From assembly GCA_949127975.1 (NCBI GenBank), contig CASBRB010000089.1, forward strand, positions 1 through 54,789: 54,789 nucleotides of DNA, in the 5' to 3' direction. The stretch is from Oscillatoriales cyanobacterium PMM_0019. Lineage in GTDB: Bacteria > Cyanobacteriota > Cyanobacteriia > Cyanobacteriales > CASBRB01. Made by a program: the position numbers and the translations under genes. Shown piece after piece: positions 1 through 9,527 of the stretch; position 1 is the first letter of the stretch; the number at the start of each line of letters is the position of its first letter. Under the pieces are notes generated by a model, which ran no database searches, had not been told where the DNA came from, and saw nothing but the letters and a program-made list of their open reading frames with translations.

Positions 1-118
1 CAATCTCGCCAATCACCAATGGTTGATTGATGAATCGGCATCCTAAACCTGTAAGTCGAGACAATCCAATTACAATTAAGACTTCAATGAGAATTAAAAC
101 TACTGTATCTAGATGCAT
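1..118 (-). CDS. Cation:proton antiporter (CPA2/Kef/NapA-like), N-terminal fragment running off the left edge
   Basis: My own reverse-strand translation from the ATG at 118 gives MHLDTVVLILIEVLIVIGLSRLTGLGCRFINQPLVIGEI. This is a hydrophobic TM1 followed by the QPxVIGEI signature of Na+/H+-K+/H+ exchangers. It is too short to appear in the ORF track. Confidence 0.6.
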   Translation of the reverse strand, partial: MHLDTVVLILIEVLIVIGLSRLTGLGCRFINQPLVIGEI

Positions 119-415
119 ACTTACCTCAATGGTTCTCTCAGTTGGTGAAAGCGTTCTTTTGGGGCGTCAGGCGATAAGGTCAGCAAGGATTTTTTCCCTA
201 AATGAATCTAGCTCCCAGCTTAAACTGTTGTGTTTTAGACACCATTAAGTCGCGGGGGTGGATGGGGATATATTAGAACATTTTTACTATAATTACAAGT
301 AGGGAAGAATATTTATTTGGTTGGGGAGGCAACTTGTAAAATAAAGCTGACTTTGCCATAATGACAAAGCCTGCCTTTTCCCTAAATTGCATGAAATTGC
401 TGCCATTGTGATTTC

Positions 416-595
416 TTAACCCATACGTCTCTTGCGTCTAGCTGCGATCGCCTTGCGTTTACGCTTTTCTAGGGGAGTTTCAAAGTGACGATTTTTCTTG
501 ACATCTGCTAAAATACCGTCTTTAGAAACTTGGCGTTTAAATCGACGTAAAGCCGAATCAATTCCTTCATTTGCTCCTAATACCACTTGGGTCAT
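416..595 (-). CDS. rpsU: 30S ribosomal protein S21
   Basis: My own translation gives 59 aa: [59 protein letters not shown]. This is the canonical S21 sequence. An AAGGAG Shine-Dalgarno lies 5 nt upstream of the ATG. It falls below the 60-aa cutoff of the ORF track. Confidence 0.9.
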   Translation of the reverse strand: MTQVVLGANEGIDSALRRFKRQVSKDGILADVKKNRHFETPLEKRKRKAIAARRKRRMG

Positions 596-1137
596 GTTTA
601 CTCCTTTTTTGCTACAAGTGATTCAGATGTCAGGCTGTATAAATTTATACTGAACCGTACAGCTATTTACTAAATTAGCCTGTTCCAGTTTGTAAGAGTA
701 GCCTATTTAAGATTTACATTCCGTGCGAATGCACAGTTTAATACTGAACCACCCCACGGCTTTAGCTGTGGGGTTCTAAAATCACCAACCAGGTTTCGCA
801 TATCACTGATTTCGACTTCTTGGCTGTTATTTAGATTCCGCAGCGCCTAACTCTAACCCCATTGCTGAGGCGGCATTGAACGAGTCTCCGCTCTTGCTAG
901 TTGATTTAGGACACCATTACCACACCTCGATAGCAGGGATGGTTCCATACCCAACCAACCATTTCTGGCTGATTCGAGGCATAGGTTTTCATCACTTTAA
1001 CACACATCGCCGCCAACGCAAACTGATGCGTGGAGGAATTTTTGCGCCTGCTCTCTAGGGTTAGGCTGACAGGCTGGGACTTGTGATCTAGATCACTTTT
1101 AGCAGGATTCGTGAGCCTTTGCTCCTTCAAGTGAGCT

Positions 1138-1557
1138 TCAGTCCTCCGGATCTTCTGGGAAACGGATAATGTCATCGTCTCCTAGGTATTCTCCATTTTG
1201 GACTTCAATCATGACGAGTGGAATGAACCCTGGATTTTCGACGCGGTGATGTGTACACGTTGGCACGTAGGTTGATTGCTTTTGCGTTAAGATAGTCTCT
1301 TGCCCACCACAGATAACTTTAGCAGTGCCAGAGACGACAATCCAGTGTTCGCTGCGGTGATAGTGCATTTGGGTACTGATGTGATGTCCAGGCTTAACCT
1401 CAATCCGATTAATCCTGTAGCGCGGAGCTTCTTCTAAAACCGTAACCGTACCCCAAGATCGTATCCGGGTAGTGCTAATATTTGCAGGTAACAGTTCGAG
1501 AGATTCTGGTGGTTCGTTGTAATTTTGAGTCATAGCGTGCTTCCCAATTGCCCTCAT
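1138..1557 (-). CDS. Cupin-domain protein (phosphomannose isomerase type II C-terminal cupin-like)
   Basis: Contains HYHRSEHWIVVSGTAKV...TYVPTCTHHRVENPG, i.e. cupin motifs 1 and 2 as in ManC-type PMI domains. The start may instead be the internal ATG at 1533 (MTQNYNEPP). Confidence 0.75.
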   Translation of the reverse strand: MRAIGKHAMTQNYNEPPESLELLPANISTTRIRSWGTVTVLEEAPRYRINRIEVKPGHHISTQMHYHRSEHWIVVSGTAKVICGGQETILTQKQSTYVPTCTHHRVENPGFIPLVMIEVQNGEYLGDDDIIRFPEDPED

Positions 1558-1562
1558 TCTAG

Positions 1563-1653
1563 CAGGACTTACGCAACTACACTACATATAGCGGTTCGTA
1601 GGGGCAATCCCCCTGTGGTTGCCCCTATATATGCCCAGCCTGCGTAAGTCCTG
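1563..1653 (+). repeat. ~91-bp small dispersed repeat (SDR/MITE-like), copy 1
   Basis: Terminal inverted repeats CAGGACTTACGCA...TGCGTAAGTCCTG surround an inner palindrome GTAGGGGCAATCCCCCTGTGGTTGCCCCTA. The same element recurs at about 9 other loci in the window. Confidence 0.85.
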
Positions 1654-1747
1654 TCCTTTCACCAAGCGCTAGGAGTGATGTGGCGGCAGCAACTAGCCAG
1701 GAGGAAGACGTTGGGAGAAATTGACGCCCACGCCGACAGTTAGGAGT

Positions 1748-2611
1748 TTAAGCGAATGTCTCTAGGAATTCGATAGCTTCAGCCTTACGGTGAAAGATGG
1801 CATGTATTATGTCCCCATTGTTATAGCGAATATCAATTTCGTACTTGGATGCGGGCGCTATGCTAGGTTGAGTTTCTAGGTAATTGTGAAAGTATTCAAT
1901 AGCCTCTTTAATAGTGGCTTTCGGCTCAGGCAGTCCGTGTAGTACAGTAACTGTTACCCCCTGAACCAGGCGTGAAAATGAATGTTCCAAGATATTGATA
2001 AAGTCGTCTAAATGGGCTTTTTCAAGACTGATAAGTTGATTTTTTATGTGGGTAATATCCTGCACTGATAAATTATTATACTGAGATATTTTATTTTGAA
2101 ACTCGGCTTCTGGTGTAGTTTCGTCAAAAGATGCATTTATTCCAACACCTGCAAATGCCCTAATTATACTGTCATACTTAAGATAAAGTATCTTAAAACC
2201 TTTAGACTGTAATTGAGCGATCGAACCTTGAGTAAACACACCTGCTAGAATAGCGCCTAGGAAGGGATGCAGGTGATTATAAGTGTCTGCCAGAGGGACA
2301 AGTGCCCCTTCAATTTCTTGAGCCTTGTTTCTAGAATGCTTAGTATAGCGTCGCCATGCAGTCTCAATAAATGCTGCTGGAAGTCCACGAGTAGCTTCTG
2401 TGCCACCACGTTCTAGTACATAATCAAGATCGTGAGAGTTACCGTAGCGATCCTGCCACGTTACTTTTTTGCTGGTTCGCGCCTCTCGCTTCCTCTGATA
2501 GTCTAAGTAAAGACCATGCTGAGCGGAGATTTCTTGAAGTCGATCGCGAATAAATTCTTGGATCAGATTTCCGATAATCTGCCCCCACTTATGTGAAAAT
2601 GATTCCGCCAT
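1748..2611 (-). CDS. Putative type II restriction endonuclease (partner of the adjacent methyltransferase)
   Basis: A 287-aa ORF 23 bp downstream of, and co-oriented with, the MTase gene. I recognise no family. The call rests on the operon context of R-M systems. Confidence 0.45.
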   Translation of the reverse strand: MAESFSHKWGQIIGNLIQEFIRDRLQEISAQHGLYLDYQRKREARTSKKVTWQDRYGNSHDLDYVLERGGTEATRGLPAAFIETAWRRYTKHSRNKAQEIEGALVPLADTYNHLHPFLGAILAGVFTQGSIAQLQSKGFKILYLKYDSIIRAFAGVGINASFDETTPEAEFQNKISQYNNLSVQDITHIKNQLISLEKAHLDDFINILEHSFSRLVQGVTVTVLHGLPEPKATIKEAIEYFHNYLETQPSIAPASKYEIDIRYNNGDIIHAIFHRKAEAIEFLETFA

Positions 2612-2634
2612 TGAATGTCATTAAACAACTAAAC

Positions 2635-3930
2635 TTATCCTCGAACCCACAAACAGCCTTCGCAGAGCGGAACTCTATGCTTCCGATTTTTCCACTTCAC
2701 GTTTCGATCGCGATTCTTGTCAAACTCGAAAGATTCAAACCCAGCTGATTGTGCTAGTATACCCATCCACTCAATCACTGGAACATACACGCCGTATGGA
2801 GCAGAATCGCCAATAACAAAACACACTGTTGAAGGATGTTGGCATACTCGACGCAGTGCTATCCAAACTCTAGCAATGTCCAAAAAGTAGCAGGCAATCA
2901 TCAGATGGTAATTTTTTTTTCCACCATGCAGAAGTCGCTCTTGGGATAGCCTCGAGCAGACTTCAATGATACCAGATTGAATCGGTCTAAGTTCAGGCGC
3001 AGCAATAACTTCATCAAAATTAACATTCTTTTTGGTTACGTGTTGCGAACATGAGCGAATTAAGTATTGCCGTACTGCACTTTGAAGATCTCCCCAACCT
3101 TTAATTTCTCCCAGAAAGCACATTTCCAGGCGTGTAGCATCTGCATAATCATAGTTGTTCGCGTAAGGTGGCGAGGTAATTACCCAGTTAGCAAAGTCAT
3201 CAGGAATACCAGCGCACGTCCGAGCATCAGACTGAATGAGTATAGCCTGAGAAGTTGGTATTTTCCTCATCAAGAGCATATCTGTGGCAATGGTTTCTGC
3301 CATCAGTTGAAAAGCTGGTATCGGCTCTAGGGTCGATTTTTTCTTTTGGCTAGGCAAAATATACTGCCACGGTGCAGTGCCGACGTGGGAAACCTGGCGG
3401 AGAATACCTACAAGTGTTAACCAGGCTAACTGAGATGGTGAGGAATTATCAGCAAGTCTCTCCCAAGCTTGTCGCAATCTATCCAGGCATTCAAGGGAAC
3501 TTGCACTGAAGCATTCACGAATCAGAGTCGGATAATCATCCACGCAGCCATGTAGGTTTTCGGCACATTTTGTGATTTTTCTTATATGCTCAAGATATGC
3601 ATCAGGATCGGTCCGATATAGTAGTTTAGCTCTCGCTATACGAACCATAAAGGGATGAGCCTCAACACCATAACATTCAACCCCCATCTTCTCGGCAGCA
3701 AGCAAAGTTGTACCTGCACCAGCAAAAGGATCGAGGACTGTGACGTTTCCCAACTCTTTGGCTTTAGCAATCACAGTTTCAACCCATTGAGCAGAGAAAC
3801 CTGCACTGTACCTAAACCAACGATGAACTGGCAACTTTATGTTATCAGCGAAGGTTGAGAAGGTAGGAGTGAGAGAGGGTGGCACGAGTGAGAGAACTTC
3901 CCCTAGTGGCAATTCTAGTTGTTTTGTCAT
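2635..3930 (-). CDS. Site-specific DNA amino-methyltransferase (N4-C or N6-A)
   Basis: The AdoMet motif I VLDPFAGAGTTLLAAEKMG lies near the N-terminus and the catalytic motif IV ITSPPYANNYDY about 190 aa later. SPPY is more typical of m4C enzymes. Confidence 0.85.
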   Translation of the reverse strand: MTKQLELPLGEVLSLVPPSLTPTFSTFADNIKLPVHRWFRYSAGFSAQWVETVIAKAKELGNVTVLDPFAGAGTTLLAAEKMGVECYGVEAHPFMVRIARAKLLYRTDPDAYLEHIRKITKCAENLHGCVDDYPTLIRECFSASSLECLDRLRQAWERLADNSSPSQLAWLTLVGILRQVSHVGTAPWQYILPSQKKKSTLEPIPAFQLMAETIATDMLLMRKIPTSQAILIQSDARTCAGIPDDFANWVITSPPYANNYDYADATRLEMCFLGEIKGWGDLQSAVRQYLIRSCSQHVTKKNVNFDEVIAAPELRPIQSGIIEVCSRLSQERLLHGGKKNYHLMIACYFLDIARVWIALRRVCQHPSTVCFVIGDSAPYGVYVPVIEWMGILAQSAGFESFEFDKNRDRNVKWKNRKHRVPLCEGCLWVRG

Positions 3931-3934
3931 GCTG

Positions 3935-4111
3935 TTAAGACATTTGATTAAACTCTTCTTGAATCATCTCAAAGACATAGACAAGTTCAGCTCTCGCTTC
4001 ATCTGCTGTTTGTCCCCAAGCGTGACAACCTGGAATCGCTGGAACATACGCCACAAAGGTACCATTGTCATCAGGAAGGATAACAACGGTGTAATCCTGT
4101 AGAAACTTCAT
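3935..4111 (-). CDS. HicB-like / UPF0150 small protein (58 aa)
   Basis: My own translation gives MKFLQDYTVVILPDDNGTFVAYVPAIPGCHAWGQTADEARAELVYVFEMIQEEFNQMS. This is the classic HicB N-terminal domain signature (YxAxxPxxPGCxxxGxTxEEA). It ends 4 nt before the MTase start codon. No hicA partner was seen. Confidence 0.6.
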   Translation of the reverse strand: MKFLQDYTVVILPDDNGTFVAYVPAIPGCHAWGQTADEARAELVYVFEMIQEEFNQMS

Positions 4112-4181
4112 AGGTACAGGCTTTCAATAATTCTTACAGATTGATTACGGTTAATTACCGATTATATCATTTTTTAAAGCA

Positions 4182-4209
4182 AATGAAGCCTGCATAAGCA
4201 GGCTTCATT
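4182..4209 (-). terminator. Stem-loop terminator downstream of acnB
   Basis: AATGAAGCCTGC-ATAA-GCAGGCTTCATT is a perfect 12-bp stem. On the minus strand it is followed by TTTGCTTT, and it lies 30 nt after the acnB stop. Confidence 0.6.
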
Positions 4210-4238
4210 CGTGCAGCCGCGACTTTAGTCGTCAGGCT

Positions 4239-6872
4239 CTATCGAGCTAAACCCGCAGGCATCCCCAAAATATCCTCAATCCTGGGCATATCTTCCAGCG
4301 GAATTACCCGCCCTTCATCCTCAAAACCAGTAATCCGATCGAAATTCAAATACCGATACAAATCATCAGCAAAAGGATGAATCTTGTGCGCCACAATATC
4401 CATATATTCCTGCACAGTAGGAATCCTTCCTAGCAGGGCACAAACCGCAGCTAATTCAGCAGAACCGAGATACACTCGCGCATCTTTCCCCATCCGGTTA
4501 TTAAAGTTGCGAGTAGAGGTAGAAAATACCGTTGTACCATCATTCACTCGCGCCTGATTACCCATACATAAACTGCAACCAGGCATTTCTGTACGGGCAC
4601 CAGCAGCACCAAAAATCCCATAAACACCCTCTTCCTTGAGTTGATATTCATCCATTCTGGTGGGTGGGCAAATCCACAAACGCACCTTGACAGGTGGTTC
4701 ACCTTCTAGTACCTTGGCAGTAGCGCGGTAGTGACCGATATTTGTCATGCAGGAACCGACGAACACTTCCTGCACGGGGTCATTTTCAACCTCAGACAAC
4801 AACTTGACGTTATCGGGATCGTTGGGCGCGGCAACTATCGGCTCTTTGATTTCATTCAAGTCAATCTCGATAATTTCCACATACTCCGCATCCGCATCGG
4901 CTGCCATCAGCACCGGATTGGCTAACCATTCCTCCATCTTGGCAACCCTGCGCATTATAGTCCGCCCATCCTGATAGCCCCGCGCTGCCATATTCTTTAA
5001 TAGTGCTACATTCGATCGCAGATACTCGGAAACTGTCTCCACACTCAGCTTAATCGTGCAACCCGCACAAGAACGCTCTGCTGTAGCATCGGTAAGTTCA
5101 AAAGCTTGCTCTACCTTTAAATCTGGCAAGCCTTCAATTTCCATAATCCGCCCGGAGAAGATATTCAACTTGTTTTTCTTCTCCACCGTCAGCAAACCTT
5201 TTTGCATTGCCACGTAGGGAATCGCATTCACTATATCCCGCAGGGTGACACCTGGTTGCAACTCACCTTTAAACCGCACTAACACCGATTCCGGCATATC
5301 CAGAGGCATCACGCCCAAGGCAGCGGCAAATGCTACCAACCCGGAACCAGCAGGGAAGGAAATCCCCAACGGGAAACGGGTATGGGAGTCGCCGCCAGTT
5401 CCTACTGTATCTGGTAGTAGCATCCGGTTCAGCCAAGAGTGTATTATACCATCGCCTGGGCGTAGGGCGACTCCAGCGCGAGAGGCAAAAAAGTCGGGCA
5501 AATCGTGGTGAGTTTTGATATCAACTGGCTTGGGATAAGCTGCTGTGTGGCAGAAGCTTTGCATCACCAAGTCAGCACTAAATCCCAGACAAGCGAGTTC
5601 TTTTAGTTCGTCGCGAGTCATCGGTCCTGTGGTATCCTGGGAACCAACACTGGTCATCATCGGTTCGCAAGAAGTCCCGGGGCGAACTCCGGGTAAACCG
5701 CAGGCTTTGCCTACCATTTTCTGAGCTAGGGTGTAACCTTTGCCAGTATCTACAGGGGGGCGAGGGCGGATAAAAATCGGGCTGGTTTCTAAGCCGATAG
5801 CATGACGGCTTTTATCGGTGAGTCCTCGCCCAATTAGTAATGGAATACGTCCACCAGCTCGCACTTCGTCGGTGATGGTGTCGGGTTGTAGTTTAAAGGT
5901 GGAAATTACTTCGCCAGCTTCGTTGGTGATTTCGCCTTTGTAGGGATGGATGGTAATCACCATTCCGGTTTCCATCTTGGTGACGTCGCACTGGATGGGT
6001 AATGCTCCGGAGTCTTCTGCGGTGTTGAAGAAAATCGGCGCGATCGCTCCTCCTAAAATATAACCTCCCGATCGCTTATTCGGCACGCAGGGAATATCTT
6101 CACCTATATGCCACAGCACCGAGTTAATCGCCGATTTCCGGGATGAACCCGTGCCAACCACATCCCCCACATAAGCGACGGGATGCCCTTTTTGCTTTAA
6201 CTGGGCAATAATTTCCAGTGCCCCAGGTATCCGGGATTCCAGCATTACCAATGCGTGTAAGGGAATATCTGGGCGGGTGGTAGCATGGGGAGCTGGTGAT
6301 AAATCGTCTGTATTCGTTTCTCCCGGCACTTTAAACACAGTGACGGTGATTTGTGGGGAGAGCGGGGGACGACTGGTAAACCATGTTGCCCCTGCCCAAG
6401 AATCGATTACCTGATGAGCATAGGAGTTAGTTTTGGACAACTCCAAGACATCGTTGAAAGCGTCGTAAACCAGGTTAATCTTACTTAAGGCAGTTGTAGC
6501 GGCGGTTGCTATCTGGTTATCGTTAGCCTGGAGTAGATCGATTAACGATTGTACGTTATATCCCCCGATCATCGTGCCTAGCAGTTCTATGGCAGTTATA
6601 GGGGAAATAAGGGGGCTGATTGTTTCGCCTTTGGCAATGCTGGTGAGAAACGAGGCTTTGACGTATGCTGCCGAGTCTACCCCTGGAGGGATGCGATCGC
6701 GCAACAGGTGTAATAAATTTTCCTCCTCACCTGCTGGAGGATTTTTTAGTAGTTCGCACAGTTGGGATGCCTGCTCGGCAGAAAGCGGCAGGGGTGGGAT
6801 GCCCAAAGTTGCGCGCGAGGCGACGTGTTGACGATAAGATTCCAGCATGGCAGCAATCTCCTCAGAGGACAT
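4239..6872 (-). CDS. acnB: Bifunctional aconitate hydratase 2 / 2-methylisocitrate dehydratase
   Basis: An 877-aa ORF that looks like AcnB along its full length, including the N-terminal HEAT-like region ([22 protein letters not shown]) and the Fe-S ligand regions ([17 protein letters not shown]). Confidence 0.95.
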   Translation of the reverse strand: MSSEEIAAMLESYRQHVASRATLGIPPLPLSAEQASQLCELLKNPPAGEEENLLHLLRDRIPPGVDSAAYVKASFLTSIAKGETISPLISPITAIELLGTMIGGYNVQSLIDLLQANDNQIATAATTALSKINLVYDAFNDVLELSKTNSYAHQVIDSWAGATWFTSRPPLSPQITVTVFKVPGETNTDDLSPAPHATTRPDIPLHALVMLESRIPGALEIIAQLKQKGHPVAYVGDVVGTGSSRKSAINSVLWHIGEDIPCVPNKRSGGYILGGAIAPIFFNTAEDSGALPIQCDVTKMETGMVITIHPYKGEITNEAGEVISTFKLQPDTITDEVRAGGRIPLLIGRGLTDKSRHAIGLETSPIFIRPRPPVDTGKGYTLAQKMVGKACGLPGVRPGTSCEPMMTSVGSQDTTGPMTRDELKELACLGFSADLVMQSFCHTAAYPKPVDIKTHHDLPDFFASRAGVALRPGDGIIHSWLNRMLLPDTVGTGGDSHTRFPLGISFPAGSGLVAFAAALGVMPLDMPESVLVRFKGELQPGVTLRDIVNAIPYVAMQKGLLTVEKKNKLNIFSGRIMEIEGLPDLKVEQAFELTDATAERSCAGCTIKLSVETVSEYLRSNVALLKNMAARGYQDGRTIMRRVAKMEEWLANPVLMAADADAEYVEIIEIDLNEIKEPIVAAPNDPDNVKLLSEVENDPVQEVFVGSCMTNIGHYRATAKVLEGEPPVKVRLWICPPTRMDEYQLKEEGVYGIFGAAGARTEMPGCSLCMGNQARVNDGTTVFSTSTRNFNNRMGKDARVYLGSAELAAVCALLGRIPTVQEYMDIVAHKIHPFADDLYRYLNFDRITGFEDEGRVIPLEDMPRIEDILGMPAGLAR

Positions 6873-6994
6873 TAGTTAATTTTTGCAGTATTTACATAAT
6901 TGTTAAGTCATTTTACAAGGGTAGCCAAAAATTGGAGTAAATCGGTATAAATCGGTATAAATCGGCGTCATGCTACTACTCAGACACCAAGGTG

Positions 6995-7027
6995 TTGACA
7001 TTCCCACGTAAACAGTTGTATTATAAT
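6995..7027 (+). promoter_or_regulatory. Near-consensus sigma70-type promoter-like motif in an ORF-free region
   Basis: TTGACA (6995-7000), an 18-nt spacer, then TATTAT (7019-7024), overlapping TATAAT (7022-7027). It points into about 400 bp with no ORF of 60 aa or more. Confidence 0.3.
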
Positions 7028-7454
7028 TGACAGATCGAGCCAGCAAGCGTGGGCTTCTTATGTCGCTGACAAATAACAGAAGTTATAAAGTTTAGGAAGT
7101 TGGCTTGAAATTTTCCCCAAAAAAGCCTAGATTGGTAACTTTATAGGTGTGCAATCTGGCTGGTTCAGGTTGTACTGGGATCGGGTAGCCACACCCATTG
7201 CGTTCCTACTCCACTACGCTCCAACTGGCTTAGTCTGCTCTCTCCCAAGACTGGTAGATGCGCTTACAGAGGAGCCGTTCGCGCAGCGTGCCGGAGGCAA
7301 AGAAAGTGAACGGTGATTTCGGATTTATTACGTTTTATTACGTTTTACGACCTTTTACCGACTACTCTACGGCTACTTCTAGGCTAGCAAGGTTTTTGCC
7401 TGGTAATAGTAAACAAAGCTAAAATTAGAGGGGTAACAACAGTTTGCTATAATT

Positions 7455-7528
7455 GGGTATTACTCTCAAAAGCGTTGAACTGCATCAGAGATGGCATCAG
7501 GAAAATCAATCATTGGCAACCGAGCAGG
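7455..7528 (+). repeat. Left copy of a 74-bp diverged direct repeat (3' fragment of the alphaCTD-like gene)
   Basis: By hand alignment it matches 12267-12340 at about 66 of 74 positions. In the cognate frame it reads GITLKSVELHQRWHQENQSLATEQ, versus GITLDSVELRQRWHQENQSLATEE in the intact gene. Confidence 0.85.
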
Positions 7529-9527
7529 TAACCACATGCAACAGTTGTCCCTGCCTTTGAATTTACCTGGGATCTACCCTAACAATCAGGTATGGTTTCA
7601 GGAGATGTTGCGCGAACTCGGCATCAGTTGCGTTCGCGCGTACCCCGATCGATTTGGTTTATCTGTGGGCAACTGGCTAGCTCAACAAAGTTATCCAACT
7701 ATTAGAACCCTAAGCTTGTTTTCTGGTGGTGGGGGACTGGATATTGCCTTTCATGATGCTGGCTTCGACATTGTTCAGATGGTTGAGCTTGAAGCCAAGT
7801 ATATAAAGACGCTAGAGATAAACTCAATGCCGGGGAAATGGCTAGAGAACGCCAAACCAATCTGTATCGACATCAGACAGTATTTTCCCAGTCCAGATCT
7901 AAATATTGACTTTATCATTGGCGGGCCACCTTGTCAAACCTTTTCTGCCGCAGGTCGTAGAGCCGCTGGGGTTGCGGGAACTAGCGATGCTCGTGGCATT
8001 CTGTTTCAAGAGTATGTACGCATACTCAAAACGCTTCAACCAAAAGGATTCCTGTTTGAAAATGTTTATGGCATGACGGGAGCCCAACAAGGGGAAGCTT
8101 GGCAAGAAATCCAAAATGCCTTTCAACAAGCGGGCTATACAATTCATTTTCGTGTTTTAGATGCTGCTGATTACGGCGTACCGCAGCATCGAGAACGTTT
8201 ATTTATTGTTGGACTTCGGGAAGGTAATTATATGTTTCCCTATCCAACACATGGTCCCGATTCTCCCGATGGAGAACCTTTCTATATAGCTGGAGAGGCA
8301 GTTGCAGGGGCTGATACATCTGATGTACAGGCAGGTATTGGCGGACGATACGGGCATCTGCTGACTGAGATTCCCCCAGGACTAAATTATAGCTTTTACA
8401 CCAAAGAAATGGGGCATCCTAATCCAATATTTAGCTGGAGATCGAAGTTTTCTGACTTTTTATACAAAGCAGATCTCCAGATGCCAGTGCGGACAATTAA
8501 AGCACAGGGAGGGCAATATACTGGTCCTTTTAGTTGGGAAAACCGCCGATTCTCAATTGCAGAATTGAAGCGACTGCAAACAATCCCTGACGACTATAAG
8601 CTTGTAGGAAACCGCCAAGTCTGTATTGAACAGATTGGAAATTCAGTACCGCCACAATTGGGGAGAATTTTGGCTCTTAGTATCTTGGATCTCATTATGG
8701 GCGTCAAACTGCCATTTCCTATGCATTACTTGCCAGCATCTAAGCAGTTGGGATTTAGACAGCGGAAGCGCCAACTGACAGAAATATATGCTCAAAAGGC
8801 TAAAGACGCAATAGCCAACTTACCGCTGACAAAACAACCACCCTCTCAGGTATTATCTGACTGTGTTATTCAAGGGCAGACTGTGCGATTCTTGTCTGCT
8901 GATTTTGCTTGGAATAAAAAACATTTTTCTAGCAGCTTCCAAATTAACCTGACATATGAACTAAATAATTCTTGCTGGACGATTACCGCGCTAACTGATG
9001 AGACAAGAAAAGATGAAAATCTCTATTTCATTGAAATATGTCCAACTTGGGGTTACGAAAATTGGGTTCTAGGCACAGGCAAAGTCAAACTATGTGCTAG
9101 GGATTTAGACAAACGTTTATTTACAGCACTTTGGAAAGCGTTTGAGGAAAAAGTGAGCGAGGTGACTGGGATGGCTGATTTGGTTCAGCTATCTGGCTAT
9201 TACCAATACAACCCTCGAATTAGTGGGGTTTTGACTGTTCAACACAACTTAAAAGTCGAGCCATTCTGGCGTGTCGTTCAATGTGTTGTCAGGGGAATAG
9301 GGGTTGCTACCCAACTATCCGCTCAAGGACTAGCATTGCTATGGGGTGTTAATGCCGATGAGGTTTTTTCTTACCTCCACTGCTTGCGCGGCATGGGTTA
9401 TGAAGTCAGAAACCATAACACTAACCCTCAAATTCCTAAAGGAGAGTATTTAATCCCCTATGGGTTTCCCACACTAACGTCGAAAAGCGTACAACTCCGC
9501 AAGCAGTTGGGAGAAGGTGATGAGTGA
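7491..9527 (+). CDS. dcm: DNA (cytosine-5)-methyltransferase with a ~270-aa C-terminal extension
   Basis: Motif I LSLFSGGGGLD, motif IV GGPPCQTFSAAG, motif VI ENV, motif VIII QHRERLFIVG and motif X IGNSVPPQL are all present. A TGCTATAAT extended -10 lies at 7444-7452. The real start may be the ATG at 7536 (MQQLSLPL), because the first 12 codons lie inside the repeat. Confidence 0.9.
   Translation: MASGKSIIGNRAGNHMQQLSLPLNLPGIYPNNQVWFQEMLRELGISCVRAYPDRFGLSVGNWLAQQSYPTIRTLSLFSGGGGLDIAFHDAGFDIVQMVELEAKYIKTLEINSMPGKWLENAKPICIDIRQYFPSPDLNIDFIIGGPPCQTFSAAGRRAAGVAGTSDARGILFQEYVRILKTLQPKGFLFENVYGMTGAQQGEAWQEIQNAFQQAGYTIHFRVLDAADYGVPQHRERLFIVGLREGNYMFPYPTHGPDSPDGEPFYIAGEAVAGADTSDVQAGIGGRYGHLLTEIPPGLNYSFYTKEMGHPNPIFSWRSKFSDFLYKADLQMPVRTIKAQGGQYTGPFSWENRRFSIAELKRLQTIPDDYKLVGNRQVCIEQIGNSVPPQLGRILALSILDLIMGVKLPFPMHYLPASKQLGFRQRKRQLTEIYAQKAKDAIANLPLTKQPPSQVLSDCVIQGQTVRFLSADFAWNKKHFSSSFQINLTYELNNSCWTITALTDETRKDENLYFIEICPTWGYENWVLGTGKVKLCARDLDKRLFTALWKAFEEKVSEVTGMADLVQLSGYYQYNPRISGVLTVQHNLKVEPFWRVVQCVVRGIGVATQLSAQGLALLWGVNADEVFSYLHCLRGMGYEVRNHNTNPQIPKGEYLIPYGFPTLTSKSVQLRKQLGEGDE

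Noticed and set aside
27-248. ORF 27-248(+), 73 aa
   Set aside because: It is antisense to a convincing antiporter N-terminus (QPLVIGEI) and has no recognisable features.
876-1175. ORFs 876-1058(+) and 906-1175(-)
   Set aside because: They are mutually antisense with odd composition (His/Arg-rich), have no motifs, and the minus-strand one overlaps the end of the cupin gene. I treat them as non-coding.
4731-6940. Several plus-strand ORFs inside acnB (for example 4731-4925, 5245-5511, 6574-6831, 6665-6940)
   Set aside because: They are shadow ORFs antisense to a full-length, highly conserved AcnB coding sequence.
7040-7440. Possible tmRNA, RNase P RNA or tRNA in the ORF-free region
   Set aside because: I could not find the conserved GAGGAAAGTCC (RNase P) motif, a tRNA-like acceptor/T-arm (GGTTCGAnTCC...CCA), or a plausible tag-peptide frame. 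It is retained only as an unexplained spacer in the findings.
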